Virus record (IMG/VR): IMGVR_UViG_3300025630_000012 | Reading direction: 5' to 3' (one strand) | DNA from: an uncultured virus (IMG/VR IMGVR_UViG_3300025630_000012) | Lineage: Duplodnaviria; Heunggongvirae; Uroviricota; Caudoviricetes | DNA length: 20,000 nt | In this document: piece by piece, positions 8,104 through 16,527 of the stretch | How positions within the stretch are numbered: position 1 is the first letter of the stretch | How the letters are laid out: every line of letters starts with the position of its first letter | Made by a program: the position numbers and the translations under genes | The notes under the pieces: generated by a model | What the model saw: only the letters and a program-made list of their open reading frames with translations | The model's database searches: none | Told to the model about the DNA's origin: nothing

Positions 8104-8592
8104 ATGCGACGAGTGCTCACTACGACGATAACCTTTTTCGTCTTACTTCTTGGTGTAGGCGAAAACCCCGTTCAAGAAATCATTAACGCCCAAGAAAAAG
8201 CAGGTTGCCAAGACCCTTACGCGCTCAACTACTGCCACACCTGTACGATTTCAGGAGGCGTTTGCTTTTACGACGAAGAGTTCAGGAAATCATGCGAAGA
8301 CCCATCAATTCATTGGAAATCAAAATACAATCCGCTAAATGAGCACAAGGCTCACTACAAGGTCGTCAGCTTTGAAGAGTGTTGGAAAGATTGGGACGTG
8401 AATATCTATGATTCCTTGGGAAGAACGCTTTGGTTTTCTGATATGCCAAATCAGAAATGGAACGGAAAAGATTTAATAGGCGATTATCTTCCGACAGGTG
8501 TTTATTTTATGACGATAAAGGGCGAGACACGTGGAAATACAAAAGAGGTTGACATCTTGACCGAAATTGAGATTTATTATCCTGAATTTTAA
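8104..8592 (+). CDS. Secreted protein made of one GCxD repeat plus a degenerate T9SS type-B (gliding-motility-associated, CHU_C-like) C-terminal domain
   Basis: N-terminal signal/TM; GCQDPYALNY; IYDSLGRTLW...WNGKD..G..LPTGVYF; colinear with the C-terminus of the 10698 protein. Confidence 0.7.
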   Translation: MRRVLTTTITFFVLLLGVGENPVQEIINAQEKAGCQDPYALNYCHTCTISGGVCFYDEEFRKSCEDPSIHWKSKYNPLNEHKAHYKVVSFEECWKDWDVNIYDSLGRTLWFSDMPNQKWNGKDLIGDYLPTGVYFMTIKGETRGNTKEVDILTEIEIYYPEF

Positions 8593-8598
8593 TATGAT

Positions 8599-8606
8599 TA
8601 GATTTG
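8599..8606 (+). promoter_or_regulatory. Bacteroidota-type -7 promoter box
   Basis: TAGATTTG, 19 nt upstream of ATG 8626. A similar TATTTTTG sits at 8065-8072 before the 8104 gene. Confidence 0.35.
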
Positions 8607-8625
8607 TGAGACGCAACTTAACTCA

Positions 8626-10701
8626 ATGAAAATCACTAACATAATTTTACTTCTTGTGCTTTCAGTAACATCTGCCATTGCACAAAGTCAGCAATGTGGA
8701 ACGGATGCGCTTATCATGGGACTGCCTCGTCAAGTGCGCTCAATGCCTCCTCCCGAAGTAGATTTAGATACGGCAGAAGTCATTGTAATTCCTGTTGTAT
8801 TCCATGTCGTACACTTGGGAGAACCGATAGGAGAAGGCACAAACATTAGTGATGAGCAGATACAAAGTGCAGTCGTCGCTCTGAACGAGGACTTCCGAAA
8901 GATTGAAGGGACAAATGGTGACGGCTTGGGTGTCGATACGAAGATTGAGTTTTGCTTGGCTTCGCGCACCCCCGACAATCAGCCTACGACGGGTATCGTA
9001 AGGCATGACGGCTCTGACCTATTCTATGAGGTCACTTTTTCGGGGCAGTATCAAATCGTCTACTATGCACAAGATGGTGTAACAAGTGCGGGGCAATTTA
9101 CATCTTCCCTTCAAGGTGTTCCTGCCTCTTACATGAAGCAGACCTTGGGGTGTTGGGACACCGATAATTACTTCAACATTTGGGTGGTAACGGAAATTGA
9201 TGGCAACGATGGGGGTAATGGTATCCAAGGATTTTCTTTCGTGGGGTATGGTAGCAGTTTTTGTGCCGACGGCCCTGTTCAGTTATACAACGTAACAGGC
9301 ACTACGGGCAACATCAAAACGGGCAATCTAAATAAGACAACGACTCACGAAGCGGGTCATGCCTTCAACTTGTTTCACACCTTTGGTTTGTCGGGTGTGT
9401 CAGGTGGCAGTTGTACCGAAACGAATTGCGAAACGCAAGGCGACCAAGTGTGTGATACTCCGCCAACTTCGGCAAACACAAGTTGTAATCCTGAATTTGC
9501 GTCTTGTCCTGACGCGCAGTTGGAGAACTACATGGATTACACACCGCAGTCATGCCGAAATACTTTTACACAAGGTCAGGCAGAGCGTATGCGTGATGAG
9601 TTGTGGAATAAAGTCAATGGATTCACTCAAAGCCTCGGTTGCTTGCCTGTCGTCGATTTAGATGGCGGTATATCGGCTATGTCTATTGGCAATCCAAACT
9701 GCGAAACTACATTCGACGTAAGCGTTACCATTGCTAATTATGGGGTTCAAGATTTGACCAATCCGACCATCACATTTTCTTTTGGTTCAAACATTCAAAA
9801 TTTTGACTTGGAACTCACGTTGGTGGCGGGTCAAACACACACCCAATCCTTTGAATTGACCTCCTTATCGTCAGCGACGATAGATGCGAATGTAACATTT
9901 CAAGAAGATGAGGACTACCTCGCTAACAACACGGAAAGTACGGAGTTCATTTATGAGCAAGGCAACGTGCTTCGGGTAGAAATTTCACCTGACGTTTGGT
10001 CAAATGAAATAGATTGGGAACTATTTGATGAGAGTGGTGAGGTCATCGCGTATGGCGGTAACTACCCTGTATTTTCGCAAGATTCAACGTTTGTTGAAGA
10101 GGTTTGCTTGTATGGGGCTTGCTACACTTTTGTGATGACTGATGGCGCAGGTGATGGTATGTGTCAATGGGATTTGAATGGTGATGGGATTTGTGATGGT
10201 TCATCCGATGCCTTCTTAAAAATCTATTTGAATAACGAGATAATCTATGATTTAAGCGCATTAGAAGACATTGATTTTGGGTCGATGCTCACCTTTGAAT
10301 TTTGCGACCAAATCGTAGATTGTGAAGGCGATGTAGATGGCGATAACATGGTTGGGGTGAACGACCTATTAGCTATTCTTGCCAACATTGGTTGTATATC
10401 AACGTCAGAGCCGTGTGAGGGCGACCTTGATGGCAACGGCACTACTGACAATGCTGATTTACAAGCGGTACTTGCCAATTATGGAAATTTTTGTTCGGGA
10501 ATTGCCCTTTCAGAAATAGTGAATGAAAAAGAGCCTACACTTATGCCAAAGGCTTTTGACTATGAAGCCCCTATCGGGTTGTATGATGTAATGGGTCGAA
10601 AAGTGTCAAACGACAAATCCGTATTGCGTAGAGGCATCTACATCGAGGTGTATGTCGATGACGCGGGTAATGTGGCTACACGCAAGATTTTCCTTCAATG
10701 A
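8626..10701 (+). CDS. Secreted M43 (pappalysin/ulilysin-like) zinc metalloprotease with Ig/CARDB-like domain, dockerin-like domain and T9SS type-A-like CTD
   Basis: Signal peptide; QCGT cysteine switch; IPVVFHVVH; HEAGHAFNLFH; DQVCDTPP; ENYMDY Met-turn; FTQGQ..RM; GDVDGDNMVGVNDLL/GDLDGNGTTDNADLQ; LYDVMGRKV...GIYI...TRKIF. Confidence 0.9.
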   Translation: MKITNIILLLVLSVTSAIAQSQQCGTDALIMGLPRQVRSMPPPEVDLDTAEVIVIPVVFHVVHLGEPIGEGTNISDEQIQSAVVALNEDFRKIEGTNGDGLGVDTKIEFCLASRTPDNQPTTGIVRHDGSDLFYEVTFSGQYQIVYYAQDGVTSAGQFTSSLQGVPASYMKQTLGCWDTDNYFNIWVVTEIDGNDGGNGIQGFSFVGYGSSFCADGPVQLYNVTGTTGNIKTGNLNKTTTHEAGHAFNLFHTFGLSGVSGGSCTETNCETQGDQVCDTPPTSANTSCNPEFASCPDAQLENYMDYTPQSCRNTFTQGQAERMRDELWNKVNGFTQSLGCLPVVDLDGGISAMSIGNPNCETTFDVSVTIANYGVQDLTNPTITFSFGSNIQNFDLELTLVAGQTHTQSFELTSLSSATIDANVTFQEDEDYLANNTESTEFIYEQGNVLRVEISPDVWSNEIDWELFDESGEVIAYGGNYPVFSQDSTFVEEVCLYGACYTFVMTDGAGDGMCQWDLNGDGICDGSSDAFLKIYLNNEIIYDLSALEDIDFGSMLTFEFCDQIVDCEGDVDGDNMVGVNDLLAILANIGCISTSEPCEGDLDGNGTTDNADLQAVLANYGNFCSGIALSEIVNEKEPTLMPKAFDYEAPIGLYDVMGRKVSNDKSVLRRGIYIEVYVDDAGNVATRKIFLQ

Positions 10702-12662
10702 TTCGAGGGTTAATTTTCATACTATCGCTACTGACGTTCTCGCAAGCGAACGCACAATGGTGCGATATGGAAATTCTTGGGTTTGACCCTGTAACTCTTG
10801 AAATAACGTTAGCTATCAATGGTGCGGAGTGCGGTACGGAAGCGGACTCCATAGGAGAATTTATTTTGGGTTTGACATTCGACCCGCCCGTACCTGCCGA
10901 AGAAAATCCTTTTGATTGCTTTTACCAAGAAGGCTTTTCTCTTTTGCTTTTCCCCCTTGATTTCCCCTTTGTCAATATCGGTCAAGGTTCAGACGAAATT
11001 ATTCAGCAAGGCGATACATTATCCTTCAATATCATAGAAAGCCAACCCTTTGGTTTCGATGCCTCCCTTTGTTGGCAAGAGGCTATCAATAGTGGGGCTT
11101 TTGATGAGTGCATAACAATATACATCCACCAAATCAACGATAGCGACAGCTATTACGGAGATTCGGGTCTTGGGGGATTTCCGTATCCTGACTTAATCCC
11201 CGAAAACAATACACTTACGTTTTCTTTTACGGATGCCTGTGGAGGATTGCCCCCACCCCCACTTGACGGAGGGTGTACTGATGAGGATGCTATCAACTAT
11301 GATGAAGATGCGGACTTCGACGATGGTAGTTGTTTGTTTGTAGACCTCTCAATTCCATACACACTTATTCAGTTTGGTTGTGATACTGCAACCTTCGATT
11401 GGACATTTCAGCCTGATATTAAGGTGTGGAACTTTGGCGACGTTATGCCTGACGAATACTGCATAGACGTTTTTCTCAATGGCGAGACCGAACCATACCA
11501 AACGGAGTGTTACAATACACCTATCCCTTATGGAGAGTATGTTCTGATAGAAATGCCCACATACTTTCCCGAACAGGATGGATATAATATCCCGTTGGAA
11601 TCAATAGCTTTTGTCCTATCAAACGTTGAGGGAGACAACAACCCTTCTAACGATGACATCTTTGTAGGGGAAATCGGCATCATTTATCCCAATAACTGCA
11701 TAATAGAAGGTTGTACTGACGAATCGGCATCCAATTACGACCCCGAAGCTAACGTAGACGATGGCTCGTGCGAGTATCCCGTAATGGGTTGCACCGACCC
11801 CGAAGCATTGAACTACAATCCACTTGCCACGGAAGACGATGGCTCGTGCGAATATCCTGTTTTGGGTTGTACCGACCCCGAAGCGTTGAACTACAATCCA
11901 CTTGCCACGGAAGATGACGGCTCGTGTGAGTATCCAATTTTAGATGCAGAATTGGAACTATTGACCAATGCGGGCTTGTTCTGCGACACGTTGCTTGGTG
12001 AATACTTTATACCCGTTGTTTACTTTATCAATACGGGTAACGTGCCTATCACGAGCCTTTGTGCGATGTACTCTACCAACGTCGAAAGTGTCTTTGCTTG
12101 CGACTATCAAATTACTTACGAAGGTGAGCAAGTGCTTGTGATTTTCCCCGAAATTTATGAGCAAAATAATGGCGAAATATCGGTCGAGATTTTAAGTATT
12201 AACGGCTTTCCCGTAGAAGGAAATCTCTACACGGCATCGGACATCATTACGTTTGGGACGTTTGAATGTATTGAGGGTTGTATGGATGAAAATGCTCTGA
12301 ACTACGACCCTTTAGCACAAACGGAAGACGGGAGTTGTCAATACGAGGGCAACCCAAACGGGGATTGTGATGACCCCCCTCTTTATATTCCAAACGTTTT
12401 CAGCCCGAACAATGACGGAAAAAATGATTATTGGAAGGCGGTAACTCCCGCTGAATGTTGGAGGGAGTTTGAGTTAATCGTATTCAACCGATGGGGAGGA
12501 ATCGTTTGGCAAACCGACGACCCTAATGCTTTTTGGCTTGGAGAGGGAGAAGGATTAACCCACTACGTTGCCGATGGGGTATATGTCTATAAGGTGAGTG
12601 CCGTAGGTTATGATGTCTCGAATTGGGTTGTTCGGACAGGTCACGTGACGATTTTCCGCTGA
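10698..12662 (+). CDS. Secreted acidic surface protein with five GCTD..A.NY..DDGSC repeats and T9SS type-B CTD (TIGR04131/CHU_C-like)
   Basis: Signal peptide (..ANAQ); LYIPNVFSPNNDGKND, FNRWG, DGVYVY, GHVTIFR. Confidence 0.88.
   Translation: MIRGLIFILSLLTFSQANAQWCDMEILGFDPVTLEITLAINGAECGTEADSIGEFILGLTFDPPVPAEENPFDCFYQEGFSLLLFPLDFPFVNIGQGSDEIIQQGDTLSFNIIESQPFGFDASLCWQEAINSGAFDECITIYIHQINDSDSYYGDSGLGGFPYPDLIPENNTLTFSFTDACGGLPPPPLDGGCTDEDAINYDEDADFDDGSCLFVDLSIPYTLIQFGCDTATFDWTFQPDIKVWNFGDVMPDEYCIDVFLNGETEPYQTECYNTPIPYGEYVLIEMPTYFPEQDGYNIPLESIAFVLSNVEGDNNPSNDDIFVGEIGIIYPNNCIIEGCTDESASNYDPEANVDDGSCEYPVMGCTDPEALNYNPLATEDDGSCEYPVLGCTDPEALNYNPLATEDDGSCEYPILDAELELLTNAGLFCDTLLGEYFIPVVYFINTGNVPITSLCAMYSTNVESVFACDYQITYEGEQVLVIFPEIYEQNNGEISVEILSINGFPVEGNLYTASDIITFGTFECIEGCMDENALNYDPLAQTEDGSCQYEGNPNGDCDDPPLYIPNVFSPNNDGKNDYWKAVTPAECWREFELIVFNRWGGIVWQTDDPNAFWLGEGEGLTHYVADGVYVYKVSAVGYDVSNWVVRTGHVTIFR
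11709..11936 (+). repeat. 78-bp tandem coding repeat x3 (GCTDPEALNYNPLATEDDGSCEYPV[LM])
   Basis: Units start at 11709, 11787 and 11865; units 2 and 3 are nearly identical in DNA. Dispersed copies near 11271 and 12275. Confidence 0.9.
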
Positions 12663-13378
12663 TAGTTCATAATTGTTTCCCAATGCCAATCAAGATTCTG
12701 ATTGACAAGCCTTATTTCGTCGTCAGAGAGGCTTAAATCGCGCTCTTCGTAGAGCGGAAGGGTGGTGTTGCCCTTGTAGTGCAAAAGGTCTTCAAAACGC
12801 TCATTTCGAGGTTGGATGCGAAACTTTTTTGATAGTAAACGCAAATTGGCCTCGAAATCTTCTTGTAGGTCTTCAAGACGGAGCACTACCATGTTCTGAC
12901 ACATCTTTGGAAATTCGTGAAAGATGAAGTTCAGCTTGTAGCTACGAAGAGCAAAGAGGTTCTTATGCCTTTTCATCGTAACAAGATTCCTGTCAGCCAT
13001 AATTTCTTCTCCCACTTCACCCGCAATGTTTGGTATGTTTTGGTCTTTTATCGAAAAAAATTCAGAGGTAATAAAATCTGAAAAATTCAATGAATGAAAG
13101 TGTTCGGGAACGTGCCACTTTTTTCGGTAAAAACTTTCAGCCCACGTGTATGGGTCACGCACCATGATGACAAGCAGTAAATCCTTGGGATAGTTCTCCT
13201 TTCTCTTTGTCCAAAAGTGCTTGTGACCATAGTCCTCGCAATGCTCGATATTCAAGTTGTGCTGAATGAGGCGTTGTGCATAGTAAGTACCGCTACAACG
13301 CTCTCCAAGTATTTTGAATCGGGAAACACCTTTTCCCTTCCGCAAAAAAGGCTCGTTAGGGTAGCTGAACTTTATCAT
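12641..13378 (-). CDS. Sulfotransferase-like (P-loop/PAPS-binding) protein, 245 aa
   Basis: Start reassigned to ATG 13378, right after the recT stop. ILGERCSGT (5'-PSB-like), VRDPYTWAES (3'-PB-like), LRLEDL. Confidence 0.65.
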   Translation of the reverse strand: MIKFSYPNEPFLRKGKGVSRFKILGERCSGTYYAQRLIQHNLNIEHCEDYGHKHFWTKRKENYPKDLLLVIMVRDPYTWAESFYRKKWHVPEHFHSLNFSDFITSEFFSIKDQNIPNIAGEVGEEIMADRNLVTMKRHKNLFALRSYKLNFIFHEFPKMCQNMVVLRLEDLQEDFEANLRLLSKKFRIQPRNERFEDLLHYKGNTTLPLYEERDLSLSDDEIRLVNQNLDWHWETIMNYQRKIVT

Positions 13379-13379
13379 A

Positions 13380-14252
13380 TCAATCAAACAACCCCTTTGG
13401 CTCTTCAACTTCCTCCGCCTCTACAACTTCTTCTTCGTTGTTGCCGTCGGAAAGTGCTTGGGCAAAAACATTGGACTTGCCAAAGTTCCGTGCTGAACGC
13501 TTATTGACTTCGATGATTTCGTCGCCATCCAACGTAAGGAAGCCACCACCTTCGACCACGTTGTCGTAGTGAAGCGAAGACCCAAGTTGAAACTCTTTGG
13601 GAACGAGTTTTAAGAGTTGTTTAAGGCACGTCTTTTTCAGCATCCAACCCTGCGGGTCTTTGTCCCGATTAAACCAAATACCTTTGTTTCCTGCCTTGCT
13701 GATGGACTGAATTTCCTGCAATTCAGAACGCGACATCACCTTAAACATAGGCTCTCCTTCTCGAAACTTGACGACCGAGTAAACGTGCGTCAGTTGACCT
13801 CTCTCTCCCGCAGAGGGCTTATGATTCAAGAAGGGGTCAAGGCCAAGACCATATTCAAAGTCGTCGGTTTCATAGACGAGTTCTGCGCTGATGGATTTGA
13901 TAGCGGGATTGCGATATGCCAACTTTACAAGCCCCTGATAGCCCAACTGAAATTGGCAAACATCGCCATACGGAATGAGCCAACACTCACCGACTTCGGG
14001 TGAGGGACTCAAGCCATACTCTGCACATAGAAGGAGCGAAGCAAAAAGCGAGGCAGGGTTCTTCTCCACGACGGCAAGCAACTTCTTATCACGCTTTACG
14101 GCATTGTAAGCCATAGCAAGAAAACGCTCAACATTGATGTTAGGATTTGTGGTTAGCAAGTCCGTAATCCTGTCCTTATAGGCATAGAGTTGGTTCTTAA
14201 AGAGCGTGACGTTAGCCTTGCGCTTATCGGTTGTTATTTTTGATGTAGACAT
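13380..14252 (-). CDS. recT: RecT-family single-strand annealing recombinase
   Basis: SLFASLL.CAEYGLSP, CWLIPY, CQFQLGYQGLVKLAYR, VYE.D.F.Y.LG, W...MLKKT.LKQLLK.VP; acidic C-tail. Confidence 0.92.
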   Translation of the reverse strand: MSTSKITTDKRKANVTLFKNQLYAYKDRITDLLTTNPNINVERFLAMAYNAVKRDKKLLAVVEKNPASLFASLLLCAEYGLSPSPEVGECWLIPYGDVCQFQLGYQGLVKLAYRNPAIKSISAELVYETDDFEYGLGLDPFLNHKPSAGERGQLTHVYSVVKFREGEPMFKVMSRSELQEIQSISKAGNKGIWFNRDKDPQGWMLKKTCLKQLLKLVPKEFQLGSSLHYDNVVEGGGFLTLDGDEIIEVNKRSARNFGKSNVFAQALSDGNNEEEVVEAEEVEEPKGLFD

Positions 14253-14535
14253 TGTATTCGTGGTATTGGTCTAACTTGAACGTCTTGGTGAATCCTTCGT
14301 GTCGTATTTCTTCGTAGTTCAGATGTCCTACAATTCTATTTGAATTTTCATCAATTTTTTTAAGGACATTGATTACCTCGCGCTTGAAACCTTCAATTTC
14401 TCGCTCGTGGATGTCGTGCTTGGGTGGGTCTACAAGAATTTCTGAAAGGTGAACCAAGTAGTCAAAAAGTTCTTTGCCTTGCTTGGACAAAGCGCGTATG
14501 TCTTTACGACTTTCTTTTTTGCTTTTCAGGTACAT
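14224..14535 (-). CDS. Hypothetical protein (103 aa)
   Basis: Overlapping co-oriented ORF within the minus-strand operon. Confidence 0.6.
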   Translation of the reverse strand: MYLKSKKESRKDIRALSKQGKELFDYLVHLSEILVDPPKHDIHEREIEGFKREVINVLKKIDENSNRIVGHLNYEEIRHEGFTKTFKLDQYHEYNVYIKNNNR

Positions 14536-14830
14536 CTTTTAGCCCTTTGGTGATTTGCTTCATCATGCGGGCAAGTTGATACCACGCCTTAAATTTTTTG
14601 TACGAAAGTTGTACTGCCTTGTATGCCTTCTGAACAAGTATCACACCGCCAAAAACGATGCTCACAAGCATATTCGACAACAACATTTTCGCCTTCTTAT
14701 GCCACGCTTTGTCTTTGGCATGAAAGCGGACATAGAACACATTTTCCTGAAACGTAGCCAAGAAGTAAATCAGCGAAAGTGCAAGATAGATTTGCACGAG
14801 TCGCAGGAGGATAAGTAGGACAATGCTCAT
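14504..14830 (-). CDS. Two-TM membrane protein with basic C-tail (108 aa)
   Basis: Hydrophobic segments at about residues 3-26 and 50-66. Confidence 0.65.
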   Translation of the reverse strand: MSIVLLILLRLVQIYLALSLIYFLATFQENVFYVRFHAKDKAWHKKAKMLLSNMLVSIVFGGVILVQKAYKAVQLSYKKFKAWYQLARMMKQITKGLKDVPEKQKRKS

Positions 14831-14850
14831 GGTTTGTAATTAAGTTCTTT

Positions 14851-15207
14851 TTATTTCTCGAAACCCAAGTACACGAGTTCGCTATAAAGTTGTTTCAGCG
14901 ATGCGCTCTCAACACTCTTCCCTGCCCGCGCTATCTCACCAATCATATACATCTCGGTATCATAAAGTTCAATCGCATCTATTCCGTAGACCTCGCTAAT
15001 TTTTTGCACATTAACGTGCATCACGTTGCCTCCTTTACGCCATTTTGAAAGCGTCTGACGTGATATTCCTGTGTCTTTTTCTACATCGTTCATGGTCTTG
15101 CCTTTCACATACATCATAAGGAAAAGACCTTGCACAAAACTTTCTTTTGTCTTGTCGAGTAGGCGCAATAATCGAACGTCGTTGGGTGTGTAGTGGTATT
15201 CGCTCAT
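14851..15207 (-). CDS. XRE/Cro-type helix-turn-helix transcriptional regulator (118 aa)
   Basis: Start reassigned to ATG 15207 (ATGA overlap). KGKTMNDVEKDTGISRQTLSKWRKG...KISEVYGI. Confidence 0.85.
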   Translation of the reverse strand: MSEYHYTPNDVRLLRLLDKTKESFVQGLFLMMYVKGKTMNDVEKDTGISRQTLSKWRKGGNVMHVNVQKISEVYGIDAIELYDTEMYMIGEIARAGKSVESASLKQLYSELVYLGFEK

Positions 15208-16001
15208 ATCTGACTTGTATAGTAGACCTTCTCCACCTCTGCAAACTCCGTCTTGTGCTTGCAGTCGTATGCGAGAGGACAATTTCTGCATCTTAACATA
15301 GAGGGCTTCGCCTTGAAACCATCTTTGAGTTGCTTTTCCAAATACACCTTTGCATCGGCTAACTCGCGCTCGTGCAAATCGTATTCGTCTTCGTCAACTT
15401 CAACTTTTATGATTCGATAATCTTTTTCATTTGTGGTACTAAAAACCCAAAAGTAAAATGGCACATCGTCAGTTTGAAAGAGGTTGCGAGCGATATACTT
15501 GTAATGCACCGCTTGCGTCAATAGCTTCATCTTTGGCTTATATGGGTTGGCTATATCCTCCCATCCAATCGGATTCCACTTGTCACGTATCAGACCCGAA
15601 GCCTTCAAATCAATAATCGCCAATTGCCCATCCACTTTCGCTATAATGTCCGTTGTGCCACGAGCATTGCCATATTCGATGTCTTCGCCTACGCTTTTGA
15701 TTTCTATGTCGTAGTGCTTCAAGAGAGCCTTAAAGTTTGCTACCTGATACTCCATGCGCTCATAAGCCTTGGCAAGATTGCCATTTTTCAAACGCTTGGC
15801 TTCGGGAACTCGCTCACTATCGTAGGGTGGCAATGCCCCCGTACATTCATATTCAAACCATTGACCGAGAAGTTGGGCTTCGGAAGGTGGAAAGACAACC
15901 TTGTCCACATATTGCGCCTTGATTTTAAGACCACACTCTTCGCCCTCGATGTATGCCCGCATCGTTTTAAGGATGCTTTGGCTGATTTTTCTATCACTCA
16001 T
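15204..16001 (-). CDS. PD-(D/E)XK nuclease (Cas4/RecB-like exonuclease) with C-terminal Cys cluster
   Basis: ISQS.LK N-terminus; GTTDII...IIDLKAS; QAVHY; CRNCPLAYDC. Confidence 0.85.
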   Translation of the reverse strand: MSDRKISQSILKTMRAYIEGEECGLKIKAQYVDKVVFPPSEAQLLGQWFEYECTGALPPYDSERVPEAKRLKNGNLAKAYERMEYQVANFKALLKHYDIEIKSVGEDIEYGNARGTTDIIAKVDGQLAIIDLKASGLIRDKWNPIGWEDIANPYKPKMKLLTQAVHYKYIARNLFQTDDVPFYFWVFSTTNEKDYRIIKVEVDEDEYDLHERELADAKVYLEKQLKDGFKAKPSMLRCRNCPLAYDCKHKTEFAEVEKVYYTSQI

Positions 16002-16179
16002 CGGTTGGGAATTTTTTCAGGGTGTAGTGATTGATGGAAGCTGTGAAGTATCTCATCATAATTGTTTTTACGTCTTCACGACCAAATCCCTCGGTTGCCA
16101 AAAACTCACGCAAAACGGGATAGCTGACAGGATACTTGCCAAACTTTTGTTCAAGCATATCGTAGAAGGGCTTTTTCAT
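15994..16179 (-). CDS. Hypothetical protein (61 aa)
   Basis: Overlaps its neighbours in the tight operon. Confidence 0.6.
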   Translation of the reverse strand: MKKPFYDMLEQKFGKYPVSYPVLREFLATEGFGREDVKTIMMRYFTASINHYTLKKFPTDE

Positions 16180-16436
16180 TTAATCAAATAATCTTCATCG
16201 CCATTTACTACTCTTACATCTGCCTTCGTTTCTATCCACACCTTTGCACCACATGACAACGGCTTACACGGAGCGTAAACCACCTCTGCGATGACGACTC
16301 CATCCTTGTCAAGGATATGCAACTTTTCAGCGTAATGATTCTTCTTCGATGTCTTACAGGTAATGACCGCTTCTTGCTCGTCATGCTTGGCATTGGAGCG
16401 AATCTTGTGCTTATTGATGTGGATACGTTTGAGCAT
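16176..16436 (-). CDS. Conserved aquatic-phage hypothetical protein (86 aa)
   Basis: KRIHIN.H.IR.N...VITCKTSK.N.YA...VVY.P.KPLSCGAKVWIET pattern recalled from marine phages. Confidence 0.75.
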   Translation of the reverse strand: MLKRIHINKHKIRSNAKHDEQEAVITCKTSKKNHYAEKLHILDKDGVVIAEVVYAPCKPLSCGAKVWIETKADVRVVNGDEDYLIK

Positions 16437-16446
16437 TTGCGTATTG

Positions 16447-16522
16447 TGGTGCGCCCAACAGGACTTGAACCTGTAACCGCCTGATTATGAGTCAGGAGCA
16501 CTAACCATTGTGCTATGGGCGC
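16447..16522 (-). tRNA. tRNA with CAU anticodon, most likely tRNA-Ile2 (lysidine, reads AUA); CCA encoded
   Basis: GCGCCCA/TGGGCGC acceptor; CCTGA-CTCATAA-TCAGG anticodon arm; GGTTCAAGTCC T arm; C4:G69 and C5:G68; no initiator GGG/CCC. Confidence 0.9.
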
Positions 16523-16527
16523 AGATG

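Noticed and set aside
9346..9378. HEAGHAFNLFH with Asn in place of Gly as an inactive or unusual protease
   Set aside because: Asn at this position is normal for M43 enzymes such as ulilysin; all three His, the Glu and the Met-turn are intact.
11709..11936. Near-identical repeats as a CRISPR array or DGR template/variable pair
   Set aside because: In-frame 78-bp coding repeats without spacers; differences are mostly synonymous rather than adenine-specific; no reverse transcriptase.
15204..16001. Cas4-like nuclease as a sign of a CRISPR-Cas system
   Set aside because: No repeat-spacer array or other cas gene in the window; the context is phage recombination.
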